From assembly GCA_045837725.1 (NCBI GenBank), contig JBEWZL010000126.1:124001-188000 (forward strand): 64,000 bases of DNA, written 5' to 3'. Every line of letters begins with the position of its first letter. Position 1 is the stretch's first letter. The translations under genes and the position numbers were made by a program. Origin of the DNA: Vermamoeba vermiformis. Its lineage: Eukaryota. The notes under the pieces are model-generated. The model did no database searches and was not told where the DNA came from. It saw nothing but the letters and a program-made list of their open reading frames with translations. Shown here one piece after another: positions 11,395-24,569 of this stretch.

Positions 11395-14300
11395 ATGGAA
11401 CCAACAGCGGATGAAGCTGTCGATTTAATCGATGATTTATGGTGTAGAATATTTAATGGCTTGGACTGCAAGTTGAGGGCTTCACTCTTCCAGGTAATCC
11501 GGATGCGATCTGCCAGCAATGAACCAATTCGCAAATTGATTATTTTACGTAATATATTTAGGGTTTAAATAATTTTCTACGGAAATTAGAGCCCAAATCT
11601 TAATTTATTCTTGGTATTAATTTTGTGTTTCAAAAGGTTTGCAAGCGGTGGAAGGCGGTCGCATCCAACCCACGTTGTTGGACAACACTGGATGTCGAAT
11701 TTCATACTCAATCAGAGCCAAGATTAAGCAAAATAGTAGCTTCGTTTTGTCAATTCATAACCAACTACTGCTCTATGGCGACGCACGTGTGCATTACAAA
11801 AAAAGACGCTTATCATTTTTGGACGATTCTAATGACCTTGTTTCCACTTCGGCAACTGCGATATTTGAAGATCAGCGTCGACAGCAGAGACTACCGCGCT
11901 CGCCAAACCTTTGGATCTGCTACGTTTCCAAAGCCTGATTGGTCGAATCTGATTTATCTCAACTTGAATTTACCACCGTACAATATCTCTATTGACGGCC
12001 AGCAATGGGAGAGATTAACAGAGGTACGCTTCATTAATTAGGGTGTTCATTGTTTAATTAATTTAATAAGGGAGCCCCTAATCTTGAAGAGCTATATTTA
12101 AGTTGCACAGCAGTGGCAATGGGGAATCAAACTGCGCTGCTCAATGGCTTGCAAAACCTTCAAAAACTGAAGATATTGTACGCGGACTGGCACCAGAGTA
12201 TCGACAACGAGACTATTGTGAAGCATGTGCCTCAGCTACAAACGATAATTTCTACCAAGTCGCAAAATGATCAAGGAGGCAATTTTTTCAACCAGCCGAT
12301 GTTTAGAGGTCCAATTCCATTCGGAGGTCCTCCGCAACCTGTTGGCACACAAAACCAATCAAATGGTCCCAAGTACATCGGCAGCACTCTTGCGATTAGT
12401 TGCGATATGTTGCGGTCACGTGACTTGGAGATTGTGAAGAAGTTTGGGCACTTGCTATCGAAATCAAACTACGCTTTCTACTTCTCCGAGCAATTGGCCA
12501 CTATTGACCCCCCTGCACCACTGAGTGTACCTTTATTGCACTACTTGTTCAAAGAACTGAAGCTAGATATCAACTGCTGCACAACTCGAAGATCCGATCC
12601 GTTCGCGGTGGACTTGGTTCCAGCATTATTACCACCAGTCGCAGTAAGAGTACCCACCATCAAAGCATAACTAGTACTAATTGTTATTGCCAGTGGTATC
12701 CGCTAAATACAGTTCTGGATGACGTTGAACTGGTTCGAATTCTATTGGACTTCGGAGCAGATCCGAACTACCCAGCTGAAGGAGACTCACCATTAGGATT
12801 CCACAAAACTTCCAAAGAAAGCTGTATTCTTCTACTTGAGTACGGTGCAGACCCCCTGAAGAAAGTTGAAGGGTTGGCCGTAATGCGACGTTGGTTTGAC
12901 ATGTACTCCGATGCGGGTATATTGCGCTACTATTTAGTTGCAAATAATAGGTGCTTAATTAATTTGTGCCATTTTCAGAACTCATGGACGTGCTACTCGT
13001 TGCGTTAAACAAAGGTTTGGACATTAATCAGATTCTTGACGGATCGGACACAATTCTTGACGTATGTAATCTGTTAAAATATTTTCGGCAATGCCTAATG
13101 ATTCATACTAGCTCGCGATCACACGTAGACATAAGCGTACTGCTCAAGAGCTGCTGAAACTTGGAGCTCGTTGGACTCCTCCTTCGATGGACAAACTGAT
13201 ACTTTGGGACTCTAATTGGGTGCGTTATTCAAAAGCTAACGAACTGCTATAACTCTTGATATTAATATAATCCCAATTTGTAGTGGTCTGAAGTAATCCA
13301 AAGAGGAGATTTTGATGTTAGCCAATTACTTCTCAGCACTGCGTTGACAGCCGTCAAGTTGCGTCTTTATCCAATGGTGTAAGTACTCACATACCGCATA
13401 TCTTTCCGAAGAGTAGCTCTATAATACAAAATATCTAATTTTTTTTTTACGGCATGAAAGTCGAAAGTTCCTTCAAGATTTTCCGCGCGATCTTGACGAG
13501 CAAAATAGCTTCAGTTTAACACACTACATTTCATTACTGTTGCAAAGCAATACATATGGTTTAAACAGAAAAGTCAATCATAAAAAAGAAGGCTTTGGAT
13601 TTGGTGCACGTCCTACGACAGCCTCTAAAAAATCGTTCGAGGAAGTCAAAATTGAGTCGTCATCAACGGAATGGCAGTTATTGGGCCAAATGATCACCGA
13701 ACTCAATCTTGATGTCAATATGAAGACATCTACTGGCAAGACACCGTTGTTGTTAGTGTGCGAGAGTGAAAACCAAGTTGAAGCTTTCTTGAAGATATTA
13801 ATCGAAATGGGCGCAAATGTCAATGAGCCAGTAAGACCTATCGCCGAGTAAAGGCGTTCAAGTATACTTTCTGATGTCAAACTCGTAGGATCTTAATGGA
13901 TGGACGCCACTCCACGCAGCCTGTTTTGGAGGCCACTACAGTACGATGCAACTGTTGCTGTCACACGGCGCAAACATCAACGCACAAGATAAGCTTGGCC
14001 TCACCCCTATTATGGCAAGGGTATTATCGTCACACCATGGAGACCTATCGGATTTTATTGCCGTTGATTTCGACGTAACGCTCAAAGATAAGGTTGGTTT
14101 AGATCTTTCAAATGGCATTCTAACGAACTCTCAGTACACTCATAGATCGATCTTACACTTTCTCGCTGCTGTTGGGGCATATCAAGAGATTGCACTTCTA
14201 TTGGATAAGAAGCCTGAACTTGATATCAACTGTCGGTACGTGCCGGTCCAAACGATTACATTTTCGTGACATTTGCACTTAGTGACGTGCACGGGTTTAC

Positions 14301-16072
14301 TCCGCTTCATTATGCAGCAAAAATAGGCCACAACGACACGATGAAACTGCTCGTTGAACGTGGTGCAGATGTGAATGCCATGAGTGACACTTTGGCTTTG
14401 ACACGTAAGTACAAATACTTTATGAACTGATTCTGACGGTTAATTTGACAGCTATTGCGGTGTATTTAGCAAAACACAACCCAAAACATCCTTATCATCA
14501 GTACATCGAAACGTACATGAATATCGAGGCTACTACTGGTCACGTCATTGATGTTTATGTAGGAGCCAAGGAGTAAGTGGATCTTGTGCTACTTACGACA
14601 CTAACGACAACAAATTAAAGAGTTGGATCTCTTTGCAAGCTTACGCTAGCGCCTTGGACCGTAGTTGGTGGTATTAATAACGGGCGAGTGTAAGTTCGGC
14701 AAAAGGAAATTCAGTTTCCGTGGGTACTAGTACTAACACATTCAGTTTCCGATCGTCTCCGCCCACTTCTGGTGACAACCATTTTCTGCCATGGCCCACA
14801 AATTTATCGCTAAATGATCCGTTTGGAAACAACTTGTTGCACATAGTACGGTTTTTTTTTCTGGTTTTAAACGGATCTTGTACATCTAACGGTCATCACT
14901 TTTACAAAGCTTGTTAGAACACATTGCGTAGCATCTCTCATCAAGGAAGAACCAGAATTTGCTGAGTTTCACAAACTGTGGTCGAAACCAAACAAGCGCG
15001 GAACAACGCCATTCCACTTGTAAGATCCGATCTAACCTTTTCGAATCTCGAACTAACGTTATGTTTAGATTTGCCATGGATAATCAGTAAGTATATTTGG
15101 GTCATACAGTTTCTCTATTAATGTTTTGTAGGCTGTCACAGTTTGACAAGAACAATGAAATCGAATTTGTCAACAATTTTTTGATTTCACAACAACGCGA
15201 GCTGCTCTATAGCTTTAACAATAAGGATGAGCACGGAAAAACCGCTCTTGATTATTTCTTTTGCCATTCAAGTGTTCATCAGATCGCGGCAACGCTGGAC
15301 GAGATCCAAGGTACCAACTGCGACATCCGTTGGTTTTTCAAATTTGCTGATAAGTACTATTATAGGTATTAATTTCATGAGTCCTTCGGTCTATTCTCAA
15401 CCCACTTCGTTGCTTCATTCGGCTGTCAGTGGTGCAACTTTGACCAAAACTTTGTTGATGAGAGTCGCCACGATGGATCCCGATGCGTTGAATATGAAAA
15501 TCAACGGAAAAACCCCATTTATGATCTATATCGAAAAGGTAAGCAGTTTATGGCTAAAACGTTGCACCGAAGAAAAGAACTCTAACGATTAGCAGCTGTT
15601 AACCGACAATTTCAATGAGCAGCAAAGTGCGTTGTTGGATTGTTTCCTAGAATGCAAAGGTACTCGTGTTTATCGATGTAGCTTGGATATTCGAAACTGA
15701 CACTTGTTTCGCAGTGGATCTGAACGCTCAAGACAACGAAGGAAACACTGCTCTCCATTACGCATGCTACTTCTTCCATCTTGGTGCTTGGGATTATTAC
15801 ATGCAAAGTAATGCACTGGAAGAATCATCTGTGTTCAGTGTGACCTTATTCAAGCTTCTTGAAGGTAAAAACTGAGAACGAACAGATCTTCGATTTTTTT
15901 TTCCTTGTTCCCAAATCATATTGTTGTTAATATCATAATTCATTTAGGGGGAGCACGAGTCGATATTAAGAACAATGAGGGCCAGGCACCGATCGATATT
16001 CTGCCAAATCTGCTCCAACTCGACAGATCTCTTGTGCGATTGGTAGAAGAGCAAAAACGAGACAAAACTTAA
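11395..16072 (+). CDS. F-box + ankyrin repeat protein, copy 2 (tandem paralog)
   Basis: Same exon order and motifs as copy 1: LIDDLWCRIF...VCKRWKAV, FPKPDWSNLIYLNL, GKTPLL, GFTPLHYAA, GNTALHYAC. Confidence 0.85.
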
Positions 16073-16366
16073 TGCGACAATATTCCAATCAATAGCTGAA
16101 AATACAATAATCGGAACATAATAAAAACTGGATGAGCACGTTGGTAAAATACTTGCCGTCGTAAAACCGAAGATTGGCGATTCGATCTGAAGTTGAAACA
16201 ATAGAATACCGATTGCTTTTTAAAGCTGCATGTTGTCAATAGTTATCGCGAGGTGCGACTTGATAAAATGTAAGCTATTGCTAGAATGTACGGCCACGTG
16301 ATTTTTTCTATAGTCACGTGCTCGCAAAAGAAACGACAAATTTTTTGATGAATTTATTTAAAGCTG

Positions 16367-16708
16367 ATGGAGAACAAGAACGACGACGAAGAAATATTTG
16401 AGATATTATTCCGAGTGTGGGAAAACGGCAAACCAACATATTTAACTGATAGATGCTTGTTGCGTCTTTTTGGTGTACGAACAATTAGTGATGGCGATAT
16501 CCTGCGGATTCCTGCTTCGAAGACTCTGCAGTGGAAAATAGCAAAGAGGGAAGCATTGTTTGAAGCACGGATCGCCGATCTCGAAGACATCCGAAGCAGA
16601 AAAAACATGACAACAAGTTTCCTGATCACAGGAGGCGATGACACTATTATTGAGTGCTGGTTAGTAAATCTACGAAACACGAAAAGAGAATGTAAAAAAA
16701 CAGTGTAA
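16367..16708 (+). CDS. Hypothetical 113-aa protein, tandem copy A
   Basis: Intact ORF, and the frame is preserved in the paralog at 17234-17575. Confidence 0.65.
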   Translation: MENKNDDEEIFEILFRVWENGKPTYLTDRCLLRLFGVRTISDGDILRIPASKTLQWKIAKREALFEARIADLEDIRSRKNMTTSFLITGGDDTIIECWLVNLRNTKRECKKTV

Positions 16709-17233
16709 ATACTCATGCAAAATGTAAATCCTCGCAGTAAAGACTCTCTAGTCTGCAAAAATTTTAAGATCGGCGGATGAAAGTGGTTTATATCAAATCC
16801 TCATCGTGCAAATTAATTCATGATCCGTATAACTGCAATACAGTTAGCATTCTGTATCATGTTATTGTTTTGAGGATAATCGCAAGAGGGAGAGCTTCAA
16901 CTCTAAAATCCGCATCCAGTCGTTGACACAAACTGCGTATGCAGCACCACAACCCTCATTCAAGGCCTATTTGAGGAATGTTAAATATGCGTACAATTCG
17001 GTTTGCAGCCAGTATGCATAGTAGTTGCTAAATCGAAGGAGATTGGTGATTCGATTCAGAGTTTACAATAGAATGCCGATTGTCTATTTTAAGATGCGTG
17101 TTGTCAATAGTTATCGCGAGGTGCGGCTTGATAAATGTAAGTTATTGCTATTAAAATATACGGCCACGTGTTTTCTATAGTCACGTGCTGCAAAAGAAAC
17201 AACAAAATTTTTGGTGAGCTTATTTTAAAGCTG

Positions 17234-17575
17234 ATGGAGAACAAGAACGACGACGAAGAAATATTTGAGATATTATTTAGAGTGTGGGAAAACAGCACAC
17301 CAACCTATTTAACTGATCGAGCCTTATTGCGGTTTTTTGGTGTCCGAACAATTAGTGACGGCGATATACTTCGAATTCCTGCATCCAAGACTCTGCAGTG
17401 GAAAGCAGAAAAGAGGGAAGCATTGTTTGAAGCGCGGATTGCCGATCTCAAAGACATCCGAAGCAGAAGAAACATGACGACAAGTTTTTTGATCAGAGGA
17501 GACTACAATATGATTATTGAGTGCTGGTTAGTAAATTTACGAAACACGAAAAGAGAATGTAAAAAAACATTGTAA
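17234..17575 (+). CDS. Hypothetical 113-aa protein, tandem copy B
   Basis: Same length as copy A with no indels, and many differences are synonymous. Confidence 0.65.
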   Translation: MENKNDDEEIFEILFRVWENSTPTYLTDRALLRFFGVRTISDGDILRIPASKTLQWKAEKREALFEARIADLKDIRSRRNMTTSFLIRGDYNMIIECWLVNLRNTKRECKKTL

Positions 17576-18002
17576 ATACTATCGATTAAAGACAAATTCT
17601 GCAAAGTAACGAATCCGCTCCTCTTGTACTACTTAATTATAATTTCAAATTTAGGTTTTACAACGTCGAACTGCATTTTAACAGCTAAGATCTGCAAAAA
17701 GCCAGATCCGCGGGTAATATTTTACTCTATTGGTTCGCGGGCCAATTTGGAGGCCAACCACAATTTTAGTTAACAACGAAGCATTTGGAAGCATTGAACA
17801 GGCAAATAGAATCAAAACCTAATTATGGATTTGTCACCAACGCGAAGTAAAATTCTCGCAATGTCCAAATTTAGATTTTTGTTCGTTATTGAAACTGGAG
17901 TTTATCCGCCAAATTCAGAACTTACTCGTTAATGAACTGAGCAACACAAAATAATAATAATCACGCACGTATTTTTCAAATCTTCGCTGTGCGCTATTCA
18001 CG

Positions 18003-20985
18003 ATGGCACAAGAGGTAAGAACGGACACGTTTCAATCCAGATCTATTTTGAATTTATATTTAATAATTCCATTATAATAGAAGAAAAAAATTGTGGCTAT
18101 CATAGGCGGAGGATTTGCAGGCGTGCATATTGCGAAATATTTGGACAAAGACGATGATTTCAAAGTGATCCTGATTGACAATAAGGAATATTTTGAATAC
18201 TCACCGACTATGTTAAGAGCATTATTCACACCAGAAGAGGCTTCGTCGTTAATAGTTCATCACAGCAATTATTTAATTAATGGCGAGTTCGTACTCGGAG
18301 TTGCAGAGGAGTTACAAACCAAAAAGGTACCCAAAAACGGTTATAATTATTAATTATAGGATTATTTAAATTATATTGAAGCGTTCCGGGTAAATTTGAC
18401 GATGATTATGCCGTTGATTGCAAGATCAACATTTTTTACGCTTCTCACTAAAACTCCGAAATTACCACAACAATATACGAGCTATCAATATAGTTATTAT
18501 GTTATTTCTTCTTGATTTGCTTTATTTTTCAGCATCCGATGAAATCAATCTCCCTTTTAATCTCCCGATTATCTCATGAAACAAACGTCTATTTTGATAC
18601 ACATAATTTAAAAAAGATTCGCTGAAATTTTAAAATAGCTAATTAGAGTACATTCATAGGTTAAAGTGAGCGGCCGATGGATTGACTTCGATTACTGCGT
18701 GGTTTGTACTGGATGTCGCTTTGATAGCCTTTCACTGAAAGAAGAAAGCCTGAACAAAGGCTTATTTAATGACGAGCAGTCATTAATGCAAAATAAGCGG
18801 TATGTTAGCATTTTAAATGTGTCGTTGTGAATTATCCTGATTTGTTTTTTTCCCTGATCGCAGATCTTCCGTGCAGCGCAGCCGTCGCCTATCATCTCCG
18901 AATCCTAAAAGGGCTTCAGTTAACTTATCTTCACCTGCTCAATCACCATCGACACAACGGTCACTTAGTCCAACAAAAGCTCGCGGCAGATCGCCCTCGA
19001 CCGAGCCAAGTCTGACCAATAGCATTACTCCTCGTCGCAGTATCTCGCCGCGAGATATCGAGAGTATGTCTAATTCGTCTCGCGAGGACAGTCACGGGTC
19101 ACGGGATTCATCTCCGAGACCAGATCTAGCCGACACGATTTCAATGCTGTCGTCACCCCGTGGCAGCGATGGCCAAGTTAATTCAAAGAGGCTTAGTGTT
19201 GAGGCTAGAGTAAGGGCTGATACAATCACTTTGCAAGATCCAAAACGAAGATTCAGCATGTTCGACGTGGTTTATGAAGACGTGATTGAATATCGATTCT
19301 TCAAAAATTATTGCAAAGAAAGGCTGTGCATGGAGAATTTGTTGTTCATAGAGGCAGTTGATGAGTATCATCGATTATTCTATACTTGCACGAAGCGAGT
19401 AAGTTTTTGAATCAAGTTTATTAGCTGATCTAAATTTTATCTAAATTTTGCCTTTTTAGGAAATGCGACAGTTAATCAATTTTGTCAAAATATCGTATTT
19501 AAACGAGGGCGCTAAGTTCGAGGTTAATATGAGCTCAATCTACCGCGAAAATTTATTGAAGCAGATCACCGAGATCGAGAAGACTCCCGACGATCAATTG
19601 GTCTTAGATGAAAAGTTGTTCGATCAAGCACGAGCTCATGTCGTAGCCAATCTCAACGACGTGGTGTCAAGTTTCACTGAAGATATTGAACGATCCAGCA
19701 AGACCGTGCACGTGGACTACAGAATGCCGTCCATGCTCACTTCGTGCGAGTCCGTGAAAAGCGCCAAATCGATCGTGATTATCGGCGGTGGTCCCCTCGG
19801 TGTCGACGTGGCGGGCAGGATAGTATCGCAATATCCCGATAAGGTAAGTACTTCTGTCAAGTCTTATAAATCGGTCACTAATCGACCCTTGACAGCGTGT
19901 CACAATTATTCACGGCAAACCATCTCTCATTCATTACTTGGGAAAGAAAGCCTCAAAAGTTGTCACAAAGTACGTACCTAATCAATATATATAGTGGTAC
20001 TAAAATTTAGCCATGGATATGAAATAATGGTTGTGTGATCGGTGAGCGGATCTAACATATATTTTTTCACGATTAGTTTTTTGGTGGAAAGAGGCGTGCA
20101 ATTACGACTGAATGAACGGGCAGCAAAAGTCATCGCGTTGAATGCAAAACAATCAGTGCTGACTGACCGCGATGAGCTCTTGGAGGCAGATCAAGTGTTC
20201 ATTTGTGGTGGATCCGTCGGCAACACTGACTTTATGCACAAGTACTTTGGTCACGTGCTCACTGAACACGGAAAAATTCAAGTGAATCAGCACTTGCAAG
20301 TCAAAGGGCACACGCATTTGTTCGCTGTGGGAGATGTGACCGACATCCACGAAGAGAGATCGCACGAACGAGCGATTAGACACGCCGATCTATTTTTGGC
20401 TAATATTATGAGACTAGAAGCAAAACGAAATCTTAAGGCTCATTCACTGGTAAGAATAACTGAATCAGATCTCGCAAAAATTCAAAATTTCAGAAACTGA
20501 TTTTTTATTTTTAGGAGTTATTTAAGCATAAATATATTATTTCGCTTGGAAGTAATGGTGCTATGATGGTTGCAAAAGATAAAACTGTGACTGTTGGCGG
20601 TCACATTGCAAAACTTCATGTGAGCACCGAAAAGAAATTTTTGTCGGATCTGAAGGCAGCAGCGCACAAAAAGAAAAGAAAACGAAGAGTTTCTGCCCTT
20701 AGTAGTGGCAGCGACCGAAGTAATTCACCGGTTCGGATCACATCCAACACGAATCTAGTGCACCGAAACAGTTTTGACGAGTTAGAACTCTCTACGAGCG
20801 TTCAAAGTCCACGCGATCGTGCTCAAGATATTTTAATATTAAAAGAGAGCACTAGTCCGATACAATCTCCGAAGAAAAAGAAATTGACGACGAGTTCGAG
20901 CAAATCCACGGATGGGCCTGGAAGCCACGAAAAAGTGATGCAAGCGCCGAGTATTGCTAGTATTCCTGAAGAAGTAATGCAGTAA
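18003..20985 (+). CDS. AIFM2/FSP1-like pyridine nucleotide-disulfide oxidoreductase with an internal RGS domain
   Basis: FAD motif IIGGGFAG, FDYCVVCTG, NAD motif IIGGGPLGVD and FAVGD. Between the first and second dinucleotide motifs lie a Ser/Pro/Arg-rich linker and an RGS signature (FFKNYCKERLCMENLLFIEAVDEY...YLNEGAKFEVNMS...LFDQAR). Confidence 0.85.
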
Positions 20986-21389
20986 TATTGGCATTGTTTT
21001 GTTGTAATATAGAAATGTAAATAGTGGACCAAATGCGTTTAATGCAACTTTGCACTTGTTTATTTCGTGAAGTACTTGCCAGAAAATTTAATCTAACAAC
21101 TATAAATATTACGCAACTAGATAGACTCGGCGTAGTCCAGCATCGTTCTGTCAGAAGGCTGTATGTCACCCGCTGACACTTTGACCTGTCAATTTTTCGT
21201 TGTCGAACAGCTAACTTAGTCAAATTGTACCGTCCTGTCAGAAAACTAATCATATAGATCTGACTACTAGGGTAGCTCTCTGTAGTGGCAAACTTATAAC
21301 CGAACTACTTGTTTTGTCATCTTTAAGTACGGATCTTAGCTGTAACATCAGAATTGTTTTGATCATGGTGCTTTTCCTGCAAAATTTAT

Positions 21390-24375
21390 TTATTTACAAA
21401 CGGCGCCAGTACACAGTCGCAGCCATTGTGGCAAAGGACACGCAAAACTATTTCCAGAGATATTACACTCTGAAGGCGGATCTGTATAATCAACAGCCGA
21501 GGTGAAGTTATTATAAGCAATATTAAGGCTGAATAGGACCGTCAAAGTTGGAGCTGGCAGCACAAATTTTCCGCTAAAATTATTGAACTGCAGCTCCACC
21601 GAATCGCCTTCCCACGCACTCGGCAGCTTATCAAGGCCACCAGTCAGATAATTATACGCGAGTTTCAATTGTTTTAGGCTCAGCGGAATTTCCGGAATTT
21701 CTCCGGAGAGTGATGTATTGTAGAACACCATAATCGAGAGTTGTGAAGCGGATGCGAAGCTCGGCAAAGTTCCTTCTAACATGTTGTGCAATATTCTTAT
21801 TGTTTTAAGAGTTGTTATCGTTCCTAACTCCGGAGGCACTGTTCCCACGAGATTGCAATCGAATAGGTATAAATTCGCCAAATTTGTCGCGTTAATCCAT
21901 GCTGGCAACGTCCACGGATCGAAGAAATTTCCTTTTATGTTAACTTCTTCCAGTTCTGTCAAATTGAAGACTTCTGTGGGAAACTGTCCTTGGAACTTGT
22001 TATCGCGCAATATAAAGCTCTTCAAATGCACCAATCCTCGGAATATTTTTGGAATTGTTCCGCCAATCTCTGTTTGAGTAAACTGCAGATCCGTCAACAT
22101 CGTCAATTCTCCGAGTGATTCGGGGAGTGTTCCGGTCATGTTGTTCGGTTCAGTGAATTGCAATGATACGACCCGATTGTTCGAGTCGCAGTTGACGCCT
22201 TGCCAGCTACACACTGAAACATTTGTCAGCCAATTACCGCTCGTTATCCAATTAGGCCCGCCAGTGGCATAATAAAATTCTTCTAATATCGTTCTTTCTC
22301 TTGCTATGACGTCGATTGGAGGACCCGGATCTGCGATCGGTACCGCGATCGGGATCTGGATCGGGATCGGCACTTCAACAGGGACAGGTGCTTCGGGGGT
22401 GAATATAGGACTAATAGGGTTTAGTTGAGGTTCATTAGGGCTGTTAACTTGTTGTTGCAATGACGACCAAATGAAGTACGCTCCGACTGCCACACTGACC
22501 GCCAACACCAAAATGGCCCCACCAATCATAAGCCAACGAAATTTGTTCCGCTTCACGAACGGTTTTTTCCGCTCTTTGACTGAAAACGAATTACTTTGTG
22601 ATTGCTGCTTGTATCTTTGCTGTTGTTCTTTGATAGTGAATTCTTTGTACAACATGTCCATGAGTTGCGTGACTTGACTGACACTCGATTTGAGCTCGTT
22701 AATGTCTTTGAAATTTTGTTTGATTGATTCGCTCAAGTACGGCAGCAATGATTCGTAGTCGACGTGAAGAATTCCTATTCGAAAAAAAAACAATTAAATT
22801 TGTGTTCAGATCCAATCGATGCGATTGCATTTCTTGCAATATCAGACTTTCCAAATTTGGTAATAAAATGTGCGGATTGGTTGTCTGCTACGCCAATTTA
22901 AATGCTTCAACGTGTCAATTTCAGTCTAGGAAATGAATACATTCCAAAAATATTTTAATCGTACCAATATGTAATAAATCGTTATTTGCGTATTAAATTT
23001 TAAAATTTGAATTCGATCTGGGGTCGTACCATTGATTAATTGGACTGCTTGCGGCACGACTTTTTCTATCTGTTGCGCGATATATCCAACGAATCTTTTC
23101 TTCGAATTATTGTTGCCTTTAACTCCGTCTTTGAACTTGTACTCGACACCATCGATTCGCAGAAGCGCTTCTCGAGGATCCACATCTGGAAAAAAAAACC
23201 AGTTACGTTTAAGTGATATGAAATCAAATTTTATGCCTTACTATCGCTTATATATCTAATTTGTTCTTTTAAGTTGATGTCCGACGCTTTGTAAAAGTTC
23301 AATGCTCGGAAGTTTCCGATCACTTCTGCGTTGCCGTTGTACAGCACCATGTATTGCTCGTTGTCTTCATAATTCCTATAAATATGCGAATAAATAACAT
23401 GTACGATTTATATAGTACTATCATTACGTACGTCGGTGGCTCTAACTCGCCGACTGAATCTGATCCAGAACCAAGGAAATTTAGATGGTAGGTACTGCAC
23501 GTAGTTAGCGATGCAAAAACTTAATATTCGAACTTACGTCATAGGTACTATCATGCTATCATCAGAGTCAATATGTTCGGCACTATAAGGGCTTCGTTCG
23601 TTCGCAGTGCTAAGATTTTGATTGGATGGCGAGTCGTCGCCGTGTGGATCTAACGAAACAAAGGATCTTTGGGCATATAATTGTTCATATTGTAGAGGCT
23701 CGGTTGTATTGGATTCATTAATTAATAAATCAGGGGTGGATGTCCAAGCCACGGGGATAATCGGAACTGATTTTATGAATTGTTAGAACGTTTATTGCTA
23801 AGATTTACTAGGCTATTAATATGACATATGAAAGCTTATTAGATTCGCAGCGGATCTATTATTTGAAATTTTTTATTTTCGAAATCTGTCGTTAATCTTA
23901 CCGTCGTCGACTTCGCTTTCCTTCTCACTAGCATATCTTTTTTTGGCTAATAATTGAACCAATCCTGATGTGCCTTGGTTCAGCAACCTCCCGCCATTGA
24001 AACATTTTACTTCGAATCTGATCAACCGCTCTTTGATACTCCGAAAATCAAATAATCCAGCGTTGACTTTAATTTGTATCACGAGGCCTTCTATTATTTT
24101 AGTATTTGCATTGGTTTGTAGTTTATAAGGCAATCTTTTTGCCCAAATTAACGCTCGATTAATTTTTATCTCTTTAGATCCTTCACAATTAATAAGTTCC
24201 ACTTGGTATTGCCATGCTTCGTTAGTATTGTCTTTCGAAAGGGTTACTCCGAGTGTCGGATTTGACGTTTGGTCGACATGGAATTGATTATCATCCTCGC
24301 CACTGACCGGAATAAATAACTTGAAGTTGGTTAGCACATATATTTGTTGCATTGCATTGCATTACTACTGTCATA
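21390..24375 (-). CDS. MYRF/MrfA-like membrane-tethered factor: beta-rich N-domain, peptidase S74 autocleavage domain, coiled coil, TM, LRR ectodomain
   Basis: Exons splice in frame. GNAEVIGNFRALNFYKASDINLKEQI (SDINLK at 23267-23284), GYIAQQIEKVVPQAV, LHVDYESL, TM WLMIGGAILVLAVSVAVGAYFIW, LRRNT NW...VCSWQGVNC and GTLP/GTIP-type LRRs. The start codon is uncertain (24352 or 24375). Confidence 0.8.
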
Positions 24376-24569
24376 AAAATTTGACAACACAAATCGCAGC
24401 AAACTCCGGTTCGAGAAGTAACCGCTGATTGACAACAAAAGAAATCTCCGAGTAGTTTTTCGGGTTCATTGTTCGTGAAAAGAAAACACCGCACAAGTAT
24501 TTGTTATCAACTGTCCTATTACATTGTAGCATCAGACTTCACGCTATCAAGCAGTAACAAATTTTCGAG

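Larger units (their letters stand above)
16170..17581 (+). repeat. Direct duplication of a ~540-bp unit (about 16170-16714 and 17041-17581)
   Basis: Upstream sequence (GTTGTCAATAGTTATCGCGAGGTGCG..., paired CACGTG) and the ORF both align. Confidence 0.85.

Noticed and set aside
21781-22936. Plus-strand ORFs opposite the LRR exon, and similar antisense ORFs elsewhere
   Set aside because: They are antisense shadows of well-supported genes and have no motifs of their own.
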